Source: Chiloscyllium plagiosum
Taxonomy: Eukaryota
Direction: 5' to 3'
DNA length: 37,614 nt
Assembly: GCF_004010195.1 (NCBI RefSeq)
Contig: NC_057718.1
Coordinates: forward strand, 29,903,245-29,940,858
Position numbers and translations under genes: made by a program
Part shown: piece by piece, positions 23,521 to 34,737 of the stretch
Numbering within the stretch: the first letter of the stretch is position 1
How the letters are laid out: every line of letters starts with the position of its first letter
The notes under the pieces: generated by a model
Seen by the model: the letters and a program-made list of their open reading frames with translations, nothing else
Told to the model about the DNA's origin: nothing
Database searches by the model: none

Positions 23521-23651
23521 ATAAGGAAATATTGACAACTATGCAAGGTGTTGGTGAGACTACACCTGGGGTATTGTGCACAGTTTCAGTTTTACTTGAG
23601 AAAGGACACAGTGGCATTAGAGGCAGTTTAGAGGAGGTTCACTTGATAAAA

Positions 23652-23712
23652 GATTTTCCTGCTCCTCAGATGCTGCCTGATCTGTGTGCTTTTCCTGCAC
23701 CACTCCAAACTT
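23652..23712 (+). mobile_element. Short PLE terminal-repeat fragment
   Basis: gattttcctgctcctcagatgctgcctgatctgtgtgcttttcc. Confidence 0.8.
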
Positions 23713-24299
23713 GTCAGGGACATAGCTATTGTCGGAGAAATTTGCCCAATAGGTTAGAGATCACAAAACAGCTCGAAGTGAAATTGACAAAGAGATTATT
23801 GGAAGAGATATCATTGGAGAAGAAATTGACCTAGGCTGACAGAACTGACAGTCTGCACAGATAGATCAGATTTCTGCTCCAAGAGCAGAGGATGAGACCA
23901 GTTTTATAGTAATGCTGCACAATGACACTGATTAAGAAATGGGAAACTACAATGTTTCTGGAAATGGAGTAATTTAGTTCAAGGATGTTAATTGGAAAAC
24001 AGTTTCTCGGATGAATATCCTGTTCCTTCACAGGATGCAACATCCTGACAGTATCATTGTTCCATTCATCTTCACAGGTAGGTGTTAAAGTCTTTTCTGA
24101 AGTGGCGAGGTACTTCCAATGTCCTGTGGTGCCTCTCTGTCTGACCTGCTCTGTGTGTGGCTTTGGTATTGCTGTGTTCTGAAACTGCCCTTAGAGCCTC
24201 ATGTCCATGGGAGCTTAAAGCGCATTCCATTGTCTGCGTGCTGTCTGACCCAGCTCGTGAGCTGCTCAGGAATTCTAGGTGTCCTGATACAAATTGGTC

Positions 24300-24671
24300 A
24301 ATTTGCTTTTGTGGGTCTATCGTGGGTTAGCAAATCTTTTCCCACAGTTATTCTTATGGAATCATACCTCAGACAATGTCAGGCTGCTGCTTGATTAGTC
24401 TGACAGACAGCTCTCCCAATTTTGGCACTAGCCCCCATGTGTGTTAATAAGGAGGACTTGGTTGAGTCGACAGAGCTGTTTCTGCCATTGTCCGAGGCCA
24501 ATGCTCGGTGATCCATCTGGTTTCTTTTCTTTGAGACTGTGTAGCGATTTGTACAACTGAATGGCTTGTCAGGCCAATTCAGAAAGCAACTGAGAGTCAG
24601 CCACATTGATATAGGTCTGGAGTCACATGTAGGCCAGACATGCAGATTTTGTTCCCTGTTATGATATTAAT
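24300..24671. mobile_element. CR1/L2-group LINE 5'/endonuclease fragments (mostly - strand, small + piece at left)
   Basis: gtctgacagacagctctcccaattttggcactagccccc (minus GLVPKLGELSVRL); same family as 28960-29600. Confidence 0.65.
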
Positions 24672-25171
24672 NNNNNNNNNNNNNNNNNNNNNNNNNNNNN
24701 NNNNNNNNNNNNNNNNNNNNNNNNNNNNNNNNNNNNNNNNNNNNNNNNNNNNNNNNNNNNNNNNNNNNNNNNNNNNNNNNNNNNNNNNNNNNNNNNNNNN
24801 NNNNNNNNNNNNNNNNNNNNNNNNNNNNNNNNNNNNNNNNNNNNNNNNNNNNNNNNNNNNNNNNNNNNNNNNNNNNNNNNNNNNNNNNNNNNNNNNNNNN
24901 NNNNNNNNNNNNNNNNNNNNNNNNNNNNNNNNNNNNNNNNNNNNNNNNNNNNNNNNNNNNNNNNNNNNNNNNNNNNNNNNNNNNNNNNNNNNNNNNNNNN
25001 NNNNNNNNNNNNNNNNNNNNNNNNNNNNNNNNNNNNNNNNNNNNNNNNNNNNNNNNNNNNNNNNNNNNNNNNNNNNNNNNNNNNNNNNNNNNNNNNNNNN
25101 NNNNNNNNNNNNNNNNNNNNNNNNNNNNNNNNNNNNNNNNNNNNNNNNNNNNNNNNNNNNNNNNNNNNNNN
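24672..25171. other. Assembly gap of exactly 500 N (probable placeholder of unknown size)
   Basis: Round length; flanks belong to unrelated repeats. Confidence 1.
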
Positions 25172-25272
25172 AAACAGGCACCCAGCCTGTGTTTCATCTC
25201 TCTTATGTAGAGGAGACCGCATTATGAGCAGCACATAACTGTGGATGAGATTGAATGAAATGCTTCACCTGT
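25172..25272 (-). mobile_element. PLE GIY-YIG remnant
   Basis: Minus translation CS*CGLLYIREMKHRLG. Confidence 0.75.
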
Positions 25273-25297
25273 CTCGGTACTGCTGTAGTGCTGCAAC

Positions 25298-26362
25298 AAA
25301 GAAATGGCAGAGGAATTAAATGGGTACTTCAGATCTGTGTTCACTGGGCAAGACACAAGCAATCTCCCTGAGGTAACAGTGGCTGAAGGACCTGAACTTA
25401 AGGGAATTTATATTTGCCAGGATTTGATGTTGGAGAGACTGTTAGGTCTGAAGGTTGATAAGTCTCCGGGGCCTGATGGTCTGCATTCCAGGGTACTGAA
25501 GGAGGTGGCTCGGGAAATCGTGGATGCGTTGGTGATTATTTTCCAGAGTTCAATAGATTCGGGGTCGGTTCCTGAGGATTGGAGGGTGGCTAATGTTATA
25601 CCACTTTTTAAGAAAGGTGGGCGAGAGAAAGCAGGAAATTATAGACCAGTTAGTCTGACCTCAGTGGTGGGAAAGATGCTGGAGTCTATTATAAAGGATG
25701 AAATTACGGCACATCTGGATAGTAGTAACAGGATAGGACAGAGTCAGCATGGATTTATGAAGGGGAAATAATGCTTGACTAACCTTCTTGAATTTTTTGA
25801 GGATGTAACTAGGAAGTTGGACGAGGGAAATCCAGTAGAGGTAGTGTACCTGGACTTTCAGAAAGCTTTTGACAAAGTCCCACACAGTAACATTAGCGAA
25901 TTTGCTGATGATACAAAGCTGGGTGGCAGGGTGAAATGTGATGAGGATGTTAGGAGATTACAGGGTGATCTGGACAAGTTAGGTGAGTGGGCAGATGCAT
26001 GGCAGATGCAGTTTAATGTGGATAAATGTATGGTTATCCACTTTGGCAGCAAGAACAGGAAGGCAGACTACTACCTCAATGGAATCAATTTATGTAAAGG
26101 GGCAGTACAGAGAGATCCGGGTGTTTTTGTACACCAGTCAATGAAGGCAAGCATGCAGGTACAGCAGGTAGTGAAGAAGGCTAATAGCATGCTGGCCTTC
26201 ATAACAAGAGGAATTGAGTATAGAAGCAAAGAGGTGCTTCTGCAGCTGTACAGGACCCTGGTGAGACCACACCTGGAGTACTGTGTGCAGTTCTGGTCTC
26301 CAAATTTGAGAAAAGACATTCTGACTATTGAGGGACTGCAGCGTAGGTTCACGAGGTCAATT
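25298..26362 (+). mobile_element. CR1 RT region with internal deletion
   Basis: KSPGPDGLHSRVLKE, NYRPVSLTSVVGKMLE, YLDFQKAFDKVPH joined directly to SNISEFADDTKLGG (PQGSVLGP block missing), LVRPHLEYCVQFWSP. Confidence 0.95.
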
Positions 26363-28540
26363 CCTTTGTCTATTTATCCTATCCATGTCCCTCATGATTT
26401 TATAAACCTCTAGAAGGTCACCCATCAGCCTCCACTGCTCCAGGGAAAATAGCCCTAGCCTATTCAACCTCTCCCCATAACTCAAATTCCCCAACCCTGG
26501 CAACATCCTTGTAAATCTTTTCTGAACCCTTTTAGGTTTCACAACATCTTTCCGATAGGAAGAAGATCAGAATTGCACAAAGTATTCCAACAGTGGCCTA
26601 ACCAGTGTCCTGCACAGCCGCAACATGACATCCCAACTCCTGTACTCTATACTCTGACCAATAAAGGAAAGCATACCAAACGCTACCTTCACTACCCTAT
26701 CTGTGACTCCTCTTTCAAGGAGCTATGAACCTGCACTCCAAGTTTTCTTTGTTCAGCAACACTCCCCAGGACCACCACCATTCTCTGTCTTCTACTTTCG
26801 AGCCAGTTCTGTATCCAAATGGCTAGTTCTTCCTGTATTCCATGATATCTAACCTTGCTAACCAGTCTCCCATGGGGGAACCTTGTCTAACGCCTTACTG
26901 AAGTCCATTTGGATCACGTCTACTGCTCTGCCCTCATCAATCCTCTGTTATTTCTTCAAAAATCTCAATCAAGTTTGTGAGACATGATTTCCCACACACA
27001 AAGCCATGTTGACCATCCCTAATCAGTCCTCGCCTTTCCAAATACATGGATATCCTGTCCATCAGTATTCTCTCCAACAACTTGCTCACCATTAGTGTCA
27101 AGCTCACTGGTCAATATTTCCCTGGCTTGTCTTTCCCACCTTTCTTAAACAGTGCCACCATGTTAGCCAACCTCCAGTCTTCTGGCATCTCACCTGTGAC
27201 TATCGGTCATACAGAAATCTCAGTAAGAGGTCCAGCAATCACTACTCTAGCTTCCCAGAGTTCTAGGGTACACCTCGGGATTTATCCACTTTATGCATTT
27301 CAAGACATCCAGCACTTCCTCCTCTGTAATATGGACATTTTTCAAGAAGTTACCATCTATTTCCCTATATTCTATATCTTTCATGTCCTTTTCCACAGTA
27401 AATACTGATGCAAAATACTCATTTAGTATCTCCCCCCACCTCCTGCGGCTCCACACAAAGGCTGCCTTGCTGATGATTGAGGGGCCCTATTCTCTCCCTA
27501 GTTATCCTTTTATCCTTAATGTATTTGTAAAAACCCTTTGGATTCTCCTTAACTCTCTTTGCCAAAGCTATCTTGTGTCCCCTTTTTGCCCTCCTGATTT
27601 CCCTCTTAAGTATACTCCTACTGCCTTTATACTCTTCTAAGGATTCACTCGATCTATCCTGTCTATACCTGACATATGCTTTTTTTTAACAAAACCCTCA
27701 ATTTCTTTAGTCATCCAGCATTCCCAATACCTACCAGCCTTTCCTTTCACCCTAACAAGAATATACTTTCTCTGGATCCTTGTTATCTCATTTCTGAAAG
27801 CTTCCCATTTTCCAGCTGTAACTTTACCTGTAAACATCTGCCCCCAATCAGTTTTTGAAAGTTCTTGCCTCATACCATCAAAATTGGCCTTTCTCCAATT
27901 TAGAACTTCATTTTTTAGATCTGGAATATCCTTCTTCATCACTATTTTAAAACTAATAGAATTATGGTCGCTGGCTACAAAGTACTCCCCCACTGACACC
28001 TCAGTCACCTGCCCTGCCTTATTTCCCAAGAGTAAGTCAAGTTTTGCACCTTCTCTAGTAGGTACGTCCACAAACTGAATCAGAAAATTTTCTTGTACAC
28101 GCTTAACAAATTCCTCTCCATCTAAACCCTTAACACTATGGCAGTCCCAGTGTAGTTTGGAACATTAAATCTCCTACCATAACCATCCTATTATTCTTAC
28201 AGATAACAGAGATCTCCTTACAAGTTTGTTTCTCAATTTCCCTCAGAATATTAGGGGATCTATAATTCAATGACACTTATTGCAGATATAAACCTCAATC
28301 TACTCACTACTGCAGACATATTATCAGACCATGCTTAAAATATCCACTTACCTGTTTGTGTTGTGACCTCTTCCAAACAGGTTCCTTCAAGATCAGTTGT
28401 GAATTTCAATGTTTGTTAATTTTTCCAGATATACTTCGATGTCCAGCGATACATGAATTCAACTGCAAAGGCAGTAACTGCACAGGTTCACTGCTGTCAG
28501 TTAGCAGTGTGGGTTTCTCTCTCGCGCTTTCTCTCGGGCA
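26363..28540 (-). mobile_element. CR1 running from 5' UTR to near the 3' end, with several internal deletions
   Basis: Minus ORFs PTREGAKLDLLLGNKAGQVTEVSVGEYFVASDHNSI, GEILNEYFASVFT, KRVQKRFTRMLPGL; lacks its own tail; 28260-28540 assigned as 5' UTR with lower certainty. Confidence 0.88.
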
Positions 28541-28950
28541 GTTTTCCCTGGAGCGTGGAGGCTGAGGGGTGACCTTACAGAGATTTATAAAATCGTGAGG
28601 GGCATGGATGAGGTAAATAGACAAGGTCTTTTTTCTAGGTTGGGACGAGTCCAAAACTAGAGGGTAAAGGTTTAACGTGAGCGGGGAGGGGCGGGAAAGA
28701 TTCAAAAAGGATATGGGGTTATCTTTTTCACAGAGGGTGGAGCGTGTATGGAATGAGCTGCCGGTGGAATTGGTGGAGATATTTACAATTACAGCATTTG
28801 AAAGGCACCTGGATGGGTGTATGAATACAAATGGTTTAGAGGGATATGGGCTAAATGTTGGCAGATGGGACTCATTCAGATTGGGATGTCTGGTTGGTGT
28901 GGATAAGTTGGACCAAAGGGTCTGTTTCCTGACTGTATGACTCTATAATC
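28541..28950 (+). mobile_element. CR1 3' end
   Basis: ttttccctggagcgtggaggctgaggggtgacc ... gactgtatgactctata. Confidence 0.92.
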
Positions 28951-28959
28951 AGATGAAGA

Positions 28960-29600
28960 GGTGTGGTTTGTGGCAATCAATAGAAAACTTTCTTGCCCAT
29001 GTTTGACTTGATGTCATGTGATTTCATGGGGTCGAGAGTAATTATTGAGAACTCCCAGGGCAACACTCCTGGCTGTGTATGACTGTTCTACCACCTCAGG
29101 TGGGATAAGATATCCCAAGGGTTGGTGATGGTGGCATCTGGGACATTGTCTTCAAAATATGATTGTGAATATGACATCCTATTATTGCTTGACTAGTAAT
29201 TGAGACAGCTCTGCAGATAGTCTTTGCAGAATTGATGGGGCTGAGTCTGCTGTTGTTTGGTGTCTTGATTATTCGCTGGTTGTCTGTCTGGTTTAATTCC
29301 TTTTCATTGGACTTATCAATTGGTTGGATACAATTGATGGTTTGCTAGGTCATTTCAGAGGGCTCGTCAAATCCACAGCAATTAACTTGAATGTTGAGTC
29401 ACATATCAGGTAGACCATGAGGGGATGGCAAACTTTTGTTCCCTAAAGGTCATTACTGAGTTTTTATGATGGTCAGCAGTGGATTCATTTGACTAGCTTT
29501 TCATTCCATATTTATTAGTTGAGTTCAAATTTCACCATCTGCCATTAGCTTAAGTTTGCGGATTACTACTGCAGTGCCAATATCCTAACACCATCACTAC
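28960..29600 (-). mobile_element. Decayed CR1/L2-group LINE 5' part
   Basis: atcccaagggttggtgatggtggcatctgggacattgtc, gagacagctct, gagtcacatatcaggtagacc; same family as 24300-24671. Confidence 0.65.
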
Positions 29601-29639
29601 CTACTTGTTTTGTAGAAATTTAACATAATCTTGTACACT

Positions 29640-29932
29640 GCCCTGGGTTTGATTCCAGCCTTGGGCAACTGTCTGTGTGAAGTTTGCCCAAGTTTCCCCA
29701 TTTCTGTGTGGGTTTCCTATGGATGCTCTGGTTTCCTCCCACAGTCCAAAATGTGCAGGATTAGGTGGATTTGCTGTGTTATATTGCCCATAGTGGCCAG
29801 GGATGTATAAGCAAGGTGGATTAGCCATGGGAAATGCAGGGATAGGGTGGGGTGCTGGAATGCCTTTGGAGGATCAGTGTGGACTTGGTGGGACAAACAG
29901 CCTGCTTTGACACTGTAGGGATTCTGTGATTT
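29640..29932 (+). mobile_element. HE1-like V-SINE
   Basis: cctgggtttgattccagccttgggcaactgtctgtgtg...ggtttcctcccacagtccaaaatgtgcagg...cactgtagggattctgtgatt. Confidence 0.9.
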
Positions 29933-29939
29933 AATGAAA

Positions 29940-30900
29940 CATATTTCTCCATAATTCTGAAGACCACAACTGTACACAGTAATCCAGTCTGTACAAATGT
30001 AGCAGGACTTTTTTTTCCTACTCCACTTTATCCTCTTGGAATAAAGGTCAACATGCCATTCACATTCTCAATCGCATGTTGAACCTGAATATTTGCTTTG
30101 TGTTTCCTGTATGAATGCACCCAAGGTGCTCTCCACAATGCCCTATACAAGATCCATGCCTTTGAAAAAATATTTTGGCTTTCTATTCTTAAAGTCCAAG
30201 TGTACAATTGTACACTTAGCACACAATATTCAATCTGCCATTCTGCTAGTTATTTAGTTAAACAATGGATATCAGTTTGCAGCCTTTTTGTTTGTTATGG
30301 ACCAGACCAAACCCCCTCAACATATTCCGAAAATAGACCAACATTTTTTCTTATTTTTAAGGTAAATGTAATTTTAATTGGTTAAATACTGAAGTTAAAA
30401 CAAAACCTACTTTATTCATCCACTATAAATTTTTAAAAAATAACAAGTTGGAATAACTTTATTGGCAAACTTAACAGAATGATAGATTATTTCAATACTA
30501 AACGGTAACTGTTCCAATATCGTGACATCCCATAAACACACCCTTGGCAAAAGGCAAGTTCAGAAAACAAATTGTCTCACATGCAATTTCCAGTAGCCCA
30601 GGAGACAAAAAGGACAAAATATACCTCTGAAAGCTACAATATCGCCACATGTTTCTTCCTTAAGCTATATTGACACCCAGCTTTGTATAACCATGTGTTA
30701 CTCTATCTCTCTGCATGTGAGTGAATATTAAGTATTGTCAGTAGCTGATGCTCCAGCCCGGTGTTCTTTATTGTACCCCAGCATTCATAGCTGTCAATTT
30801 GAACATGAACCTCATGCCTACTCTTGCTTTCCTGTCAGTTTCCCGATTCTGTATCCATGCTAACATTTTACACCAAGTTCTGTGAGTTGTTATTTTGCTT
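29940..30900 (-). mobile_element. Decayed CR1 interrupted by a solo LTR
   Basis: Minus ORF KANIQVQHAIENVNGMLTFIPRG; resumes after 30653. Confidence 0.7.
30293..30649 (-). mobile_element. Solo LTR (Gypsy-like)
   Basis: Termini TGTTATGG...TCGCCACA; 4-bp TSD tgtt at 30289-30292 and 30650-30653; tttatt (AATAAA on minus) near 30410. Confidence 0.75.
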
Positions 30901-33179
30901 CTCGACTCTTGCCATCTTCTCAATGATAAGACCATTTATGCATAAAGCATAGTCAGAAATCATGAAGTCATTTCTCTGGATCTGCTGTGAGAAGAAGTAG
31001 GTGATGGGAGTGAAAAATCTTGGTCAAATATTTTCAGTGTTTTGAAGTAGTTGAAGTTCTTGATGTTAGGCAAGGAATGTTGAAGAAGATGAGCTCCAAG
31101 TGATGAAAGAACATGAAGCAGGGTTTTGGCTGAGGGAATAGGAAAAAGCGGTTCTGGAGAGGGGAGTTGCACGCTGAATTGATTAGTATTCCTGGGTTTT
31201 GCATTGCCTGACTGTACCTGAGGTTGTGGTTTGGTGAAGAGGTTTGATGAAATCAGTGCCAGAGCTATGTAGATGCCGATGAAAACCATCAGGATTGATT
31301 TTGTCTCTGGCAAAAAGCTACAGAAAAAGTTGAAGATAAATAGTAAAGGAAATCTCCTTGGATACATGAAAATCGGATATCGAGTTTCAGGAATTCAGAA
31401 AATATTAGATTGGTTTGCAACATTTAGATTAATTGCTGTCAAACTGTATGAAGTATTCAGTTACAGAAACTACCTTAAAAAGTGTTTCGCTATGAGTATT
31501 CTGAAGATTTCTCTGTTTTTTTGTCGTGTGGCCTTAAAATATTAACTTCTGTCTTTTTTGACAAGATAATTGAGCTCAGACACTTGTATTCATTTTGCAA
31601 GGGTTGAGAATATAATTTTGAGCCAGAAAAAGTATACTTGTCATCTATGTACAGTCACTTCATGTTGCTGTACATTTCCTTGCAGTTTCAGTAAAAGATA
31701 ATTTACTGTTTATGACTGGTTTCTTGAATCCTGTGTGATACTGGTTCCCTTGGTTTGTTTTGAATCCTCTGAGTAAGACCATTACAAATTGTATTGCATT
31801 CTTTTCAAAGATGAGCTATTTTTTTCAATTCCAAAGAATCTTGACGACATAGAGAATTGCGTATGAAGTTGGAAAGACTGCCTTGTGGCATATGTTCAGA
31901 TGCAGTGGATATCAGGTGCACCACATCTCCTGGTTTGAGTAAAACATTGGATAGTTTGAATTGTTCATGTTGCTGTTAGATCAGCTTCAGTATGTGCTGG
32001 CACCAAGCCTTTTTGGCAAAGCATGTGTGGCAGGATTCTATCGAAATGTGTATTGATTCAAACATTGTTCTCACAGAAAACATTACCAGCAATAAGCAGA
32101 TGTTGCTGGAATATCTTGTATATTGTGTCTGAAAAGCTTAAATGAAGTAAATTTCCATAAGCAATGCAATGAACTTTTCAACTTCGAGTTGTTCAGTGAA
32201 ATTTCTGACATTGTTATGAACAATGCATCACAGAATTGGGGTGATAAAATGCAAGGACAGTTAAAGCCATATTACTGCTGCTGCAGATCTCTGTATAAAT
32301 TGAAACTTGGTTTATTTGATGTTGTACATGTTTTGTTTACTCTTCTTTTGTTAAGAATTATCATTGTTTTCTCTGTGACATTTGAGCAACCACAGAGAGA
32401 AAGTTATTCTGAACACAGTTTCTTGGACAAGCAGGCAACACTTACATTTGTCTAGAAATGGCTTGCAAAAAGAGCCTGTGTACTGCTGTTCAGTTGGCTG
32501 ACTACTTTCTGGCGTTATGAATCAATAGGCTGGTTTCTCTGATGTAAATCCCAATTTTAACGTACTCTGGCTTACAGGAAATGGAGACGCAATGCAATTA
32601 ACTTTGTAGTGATAAAATACTAAAAGTTTTGTTAAAATAGAAAAATTCAGGAAATTAGAGCACAAAAGTTTGAATTCACTATTACAGCAATACTTAATTA
32701 TTTCTCAGATCGCAATTGATATTTAGTGAATGAATGTTGAGCTGAGGTAAATTGCTTACTGAAAAGGTGAGAGTCCTATTACAGCTGATCCAAAATCAGT
32801 ATGGACTGTACCTGTTTGAATTGAGGAATGTGTACCACTTATGTTTTTTCTCTTTACATTGAAATGTATTTAGTGTGCAATAAAACCCACATTTCCACAG
32901 TCACAAATTAAAGTAATTATGTTCAACAAAATTTGCCTTTTCCCATGCTGCCCATTCACCCTACCTTGCTACATAGCCTAATTTGTGCTGAAAACTTTGA
33001 AATAAGTTCTTGAATCAATGAACCTCATTTGCACTTCATGTGCAAAGACATGTTGGCCTTTACCAGAGCTTCTTTTGGTGCAAATTGTGTCAGTCTTTTG
33101 AAAATTAGATGTTTTAAAATGTTATTTCCATAACTGCTGGTTTCATGCTTACTGCTTTATCATACCTCTGGCTTTCATT

Positions 33180-33660
33180 CTAACAGAATTGATCATAAGA
33201 GTCAGGAAGCCTTGCTACAGTTGTGCAATTCTTTGAGTAGATGATGCACAGTTTTGTTCTCAAAATGTAAAGAAGGATATGTGTGAACTGGAGGCAATAC
33301 AGTGAAAATTCACTGAATTGCTTATATTTAAGGCTTGTCCAAGACAAGAGGCTGAGCAAATTGGATTTATTTTTTTTGAAGTTGAGCAGAAATAGAGATA
33401 ACAAAATGATTCTGAAGGGGCTTGACAGGTGGAGACTGAGGTTTTTCTTGTTGGAAAAGTGAGAATGCAGACAGTCCCAGCAAAGGGGTCAGTCATTTAG
33501 AATGAGATATGAGAATTCTTCACTCAGTGGACAGTAAAACTTTGAAATTAATTATCTAAGGGGACTGAGACTGCTCCATTATTGAGTATATTTAAGTCTG
33601 AGGGACAGACTTTGGTTGCTCAAGAAATCAAGGTTTGTGCAGAGTGGAATGATAAAGCTG
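33180..33660 (+). mobile_element. Old CR1 3' part
   Basis: gcacagttttgttctcaaaatgtaaagaaggatat, aaaatgattctgaaggggcttgacagggtgga-like, ttcttcactcagtgg. Confidence 0.75.
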
Positions 33661-33951
33661 AACAGCTTCAAAATGTACCACATCCTAGAATCAGCCCCTG
33701 GAGTGGAGATTTGACCCACAACCTTTCACTGGAATTCTGACACTTTGACTTGACAAAGCTAAGTTACAATCTCATCCAAAATAAACACTTTCCTGATCCA
33801 TTCTTTCTGTTACTTCTGCAAAAAGCTCAATCAGGTTAGTGGAGTATGATTTTGCCCCAACAAATTTAGAGGATGTTACACTGAGCACTTTGGCAAATTT
33901 AATCAAAATAAATTTTAAGAAAGAAATGTTATATTCAATTATCAATTCCAG

Positions 33952-34063
33952 AAATCATGCTGAAACCGAGTGAAGAAGGAATACCTGATTTGGTTCATGT
34001 GATGCGCACCCTTTCTATGGAGAATATCCCAAATCTACCGCCGGGCGGTGGCCTTGCGAGCAA
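33952..34063 (+). CDS. Internal coding exon of a PPM1A/PPM1B-family Mg2+/Mn2+-dependent protein phosphatase (PP2C C-terminal domain); paralog not certain
   Basis: ttccag|AAATCATG...GCGAGCAA|gtgagt; phase 1 to phase 2, 112 nt; translates (E)[36 protein letters not shown](K), matching recalled PPM1[39 protein letters not shown] and PPM1[28 protein letters not shown]; CpG-rich against a CpG-poor background. Confidence 0.96.
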
Positions 34064-34364
34064 GTGAGTATACGATATCATGGAACTGTAGTACAGTCAT
34101 AAACTTTACAAAGTAATACATTGTACCCTAATGTTTTTCAGTTCCGTAATTAATAAAATAAACAAAAGGTTTCCATCCAATTGCTAAAACCTTTGTATGC
34201 CCCTGCAGGTTTGTTTTCTTAATCATCTACCACCAAAAATAGCTCTTTCCCAAGCATATTTATAGGTCAAAAAAATGACTTGCAATGTTTGAATCAAATC
34301 CTTGGTAAACAAGGAGGCTGTGAGATATCAGATAAGATTTTTTAAAAAGCTGAAAAGCATTTGT

Positions 34365-34487
34365 GTTCTGAAAAAATTACATTTGACTCTGTTTTTCTCT
34401 CCACAGATGCAGCCAGACCTTCTGAGTTTTTCCAAAACTTGCTGTTTTTATTTCAGATTTCCAACTTGCACAATATTTTACTTTTAG
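34365..34487 (+). mobile_element. Decayed PLE terminal repeat
   Basis: gactctgtttttctctccacagatgcagccagaccttctgagtttttcc...tttcagatttccaac. Confidence 0.7.
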
Positions 34488-34605
34488 AAAATGTAATTCT
34501 GAACACAAAAGTACTTAAACTGCAATAGGTTGTTACCTGGTTATAAATGGAATGCAGCACAGGTTGGTGAGCAAAGTAAGATCAGGAATTGTGCAGGTGG
34601 CTGTG

Positions 34606-34728
34606 ATTAGATTACTTAGTGTGGAAACAGTCCCTTCGGCCCAACAAGTCTACACCAACCCGCCGAAGCGCAACCCACCCAGACCCATTCCCCTACACTT
34701 ACCCCTTCACCTAACACTATGGGCAATT
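34606..34728 (-). mobile_element. HE1-type SINE 3' part
   Basis: agtgtggaaacagtcccttcggcccaacaagtctacacc...cacctaacactatgggcaatt. Confidence 0.75.
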
Positions 34729-34737
34729 GAGCATGTT

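Larger units (their letters stand above)
22775..24000 (+). mobile_element. Old CR1 fragments interrupted by three PLE-terminus inserts
   Basis: aatttgctgatgacaaaaatagg (FADD-K-G), KASMQVQQKIKKANAMLA, ttggtgagactacacctggggtattgtgcacagtt (LVRxHLxYCAQF). Confidence 0.8.

Noticed and set aside
24597..25234. Four ORFs of 176-195 aa
   Set aside because: Almost entirely X residues from the 500-N gap.
31860..31945. GYQVHHISWFE resembling a RAP-domain (FASTKD) motif, and a YIDD on the minus strand near 31645
   Set aside because: Short matches flanked by stops, with no supporting upstream motifs or splice sites.
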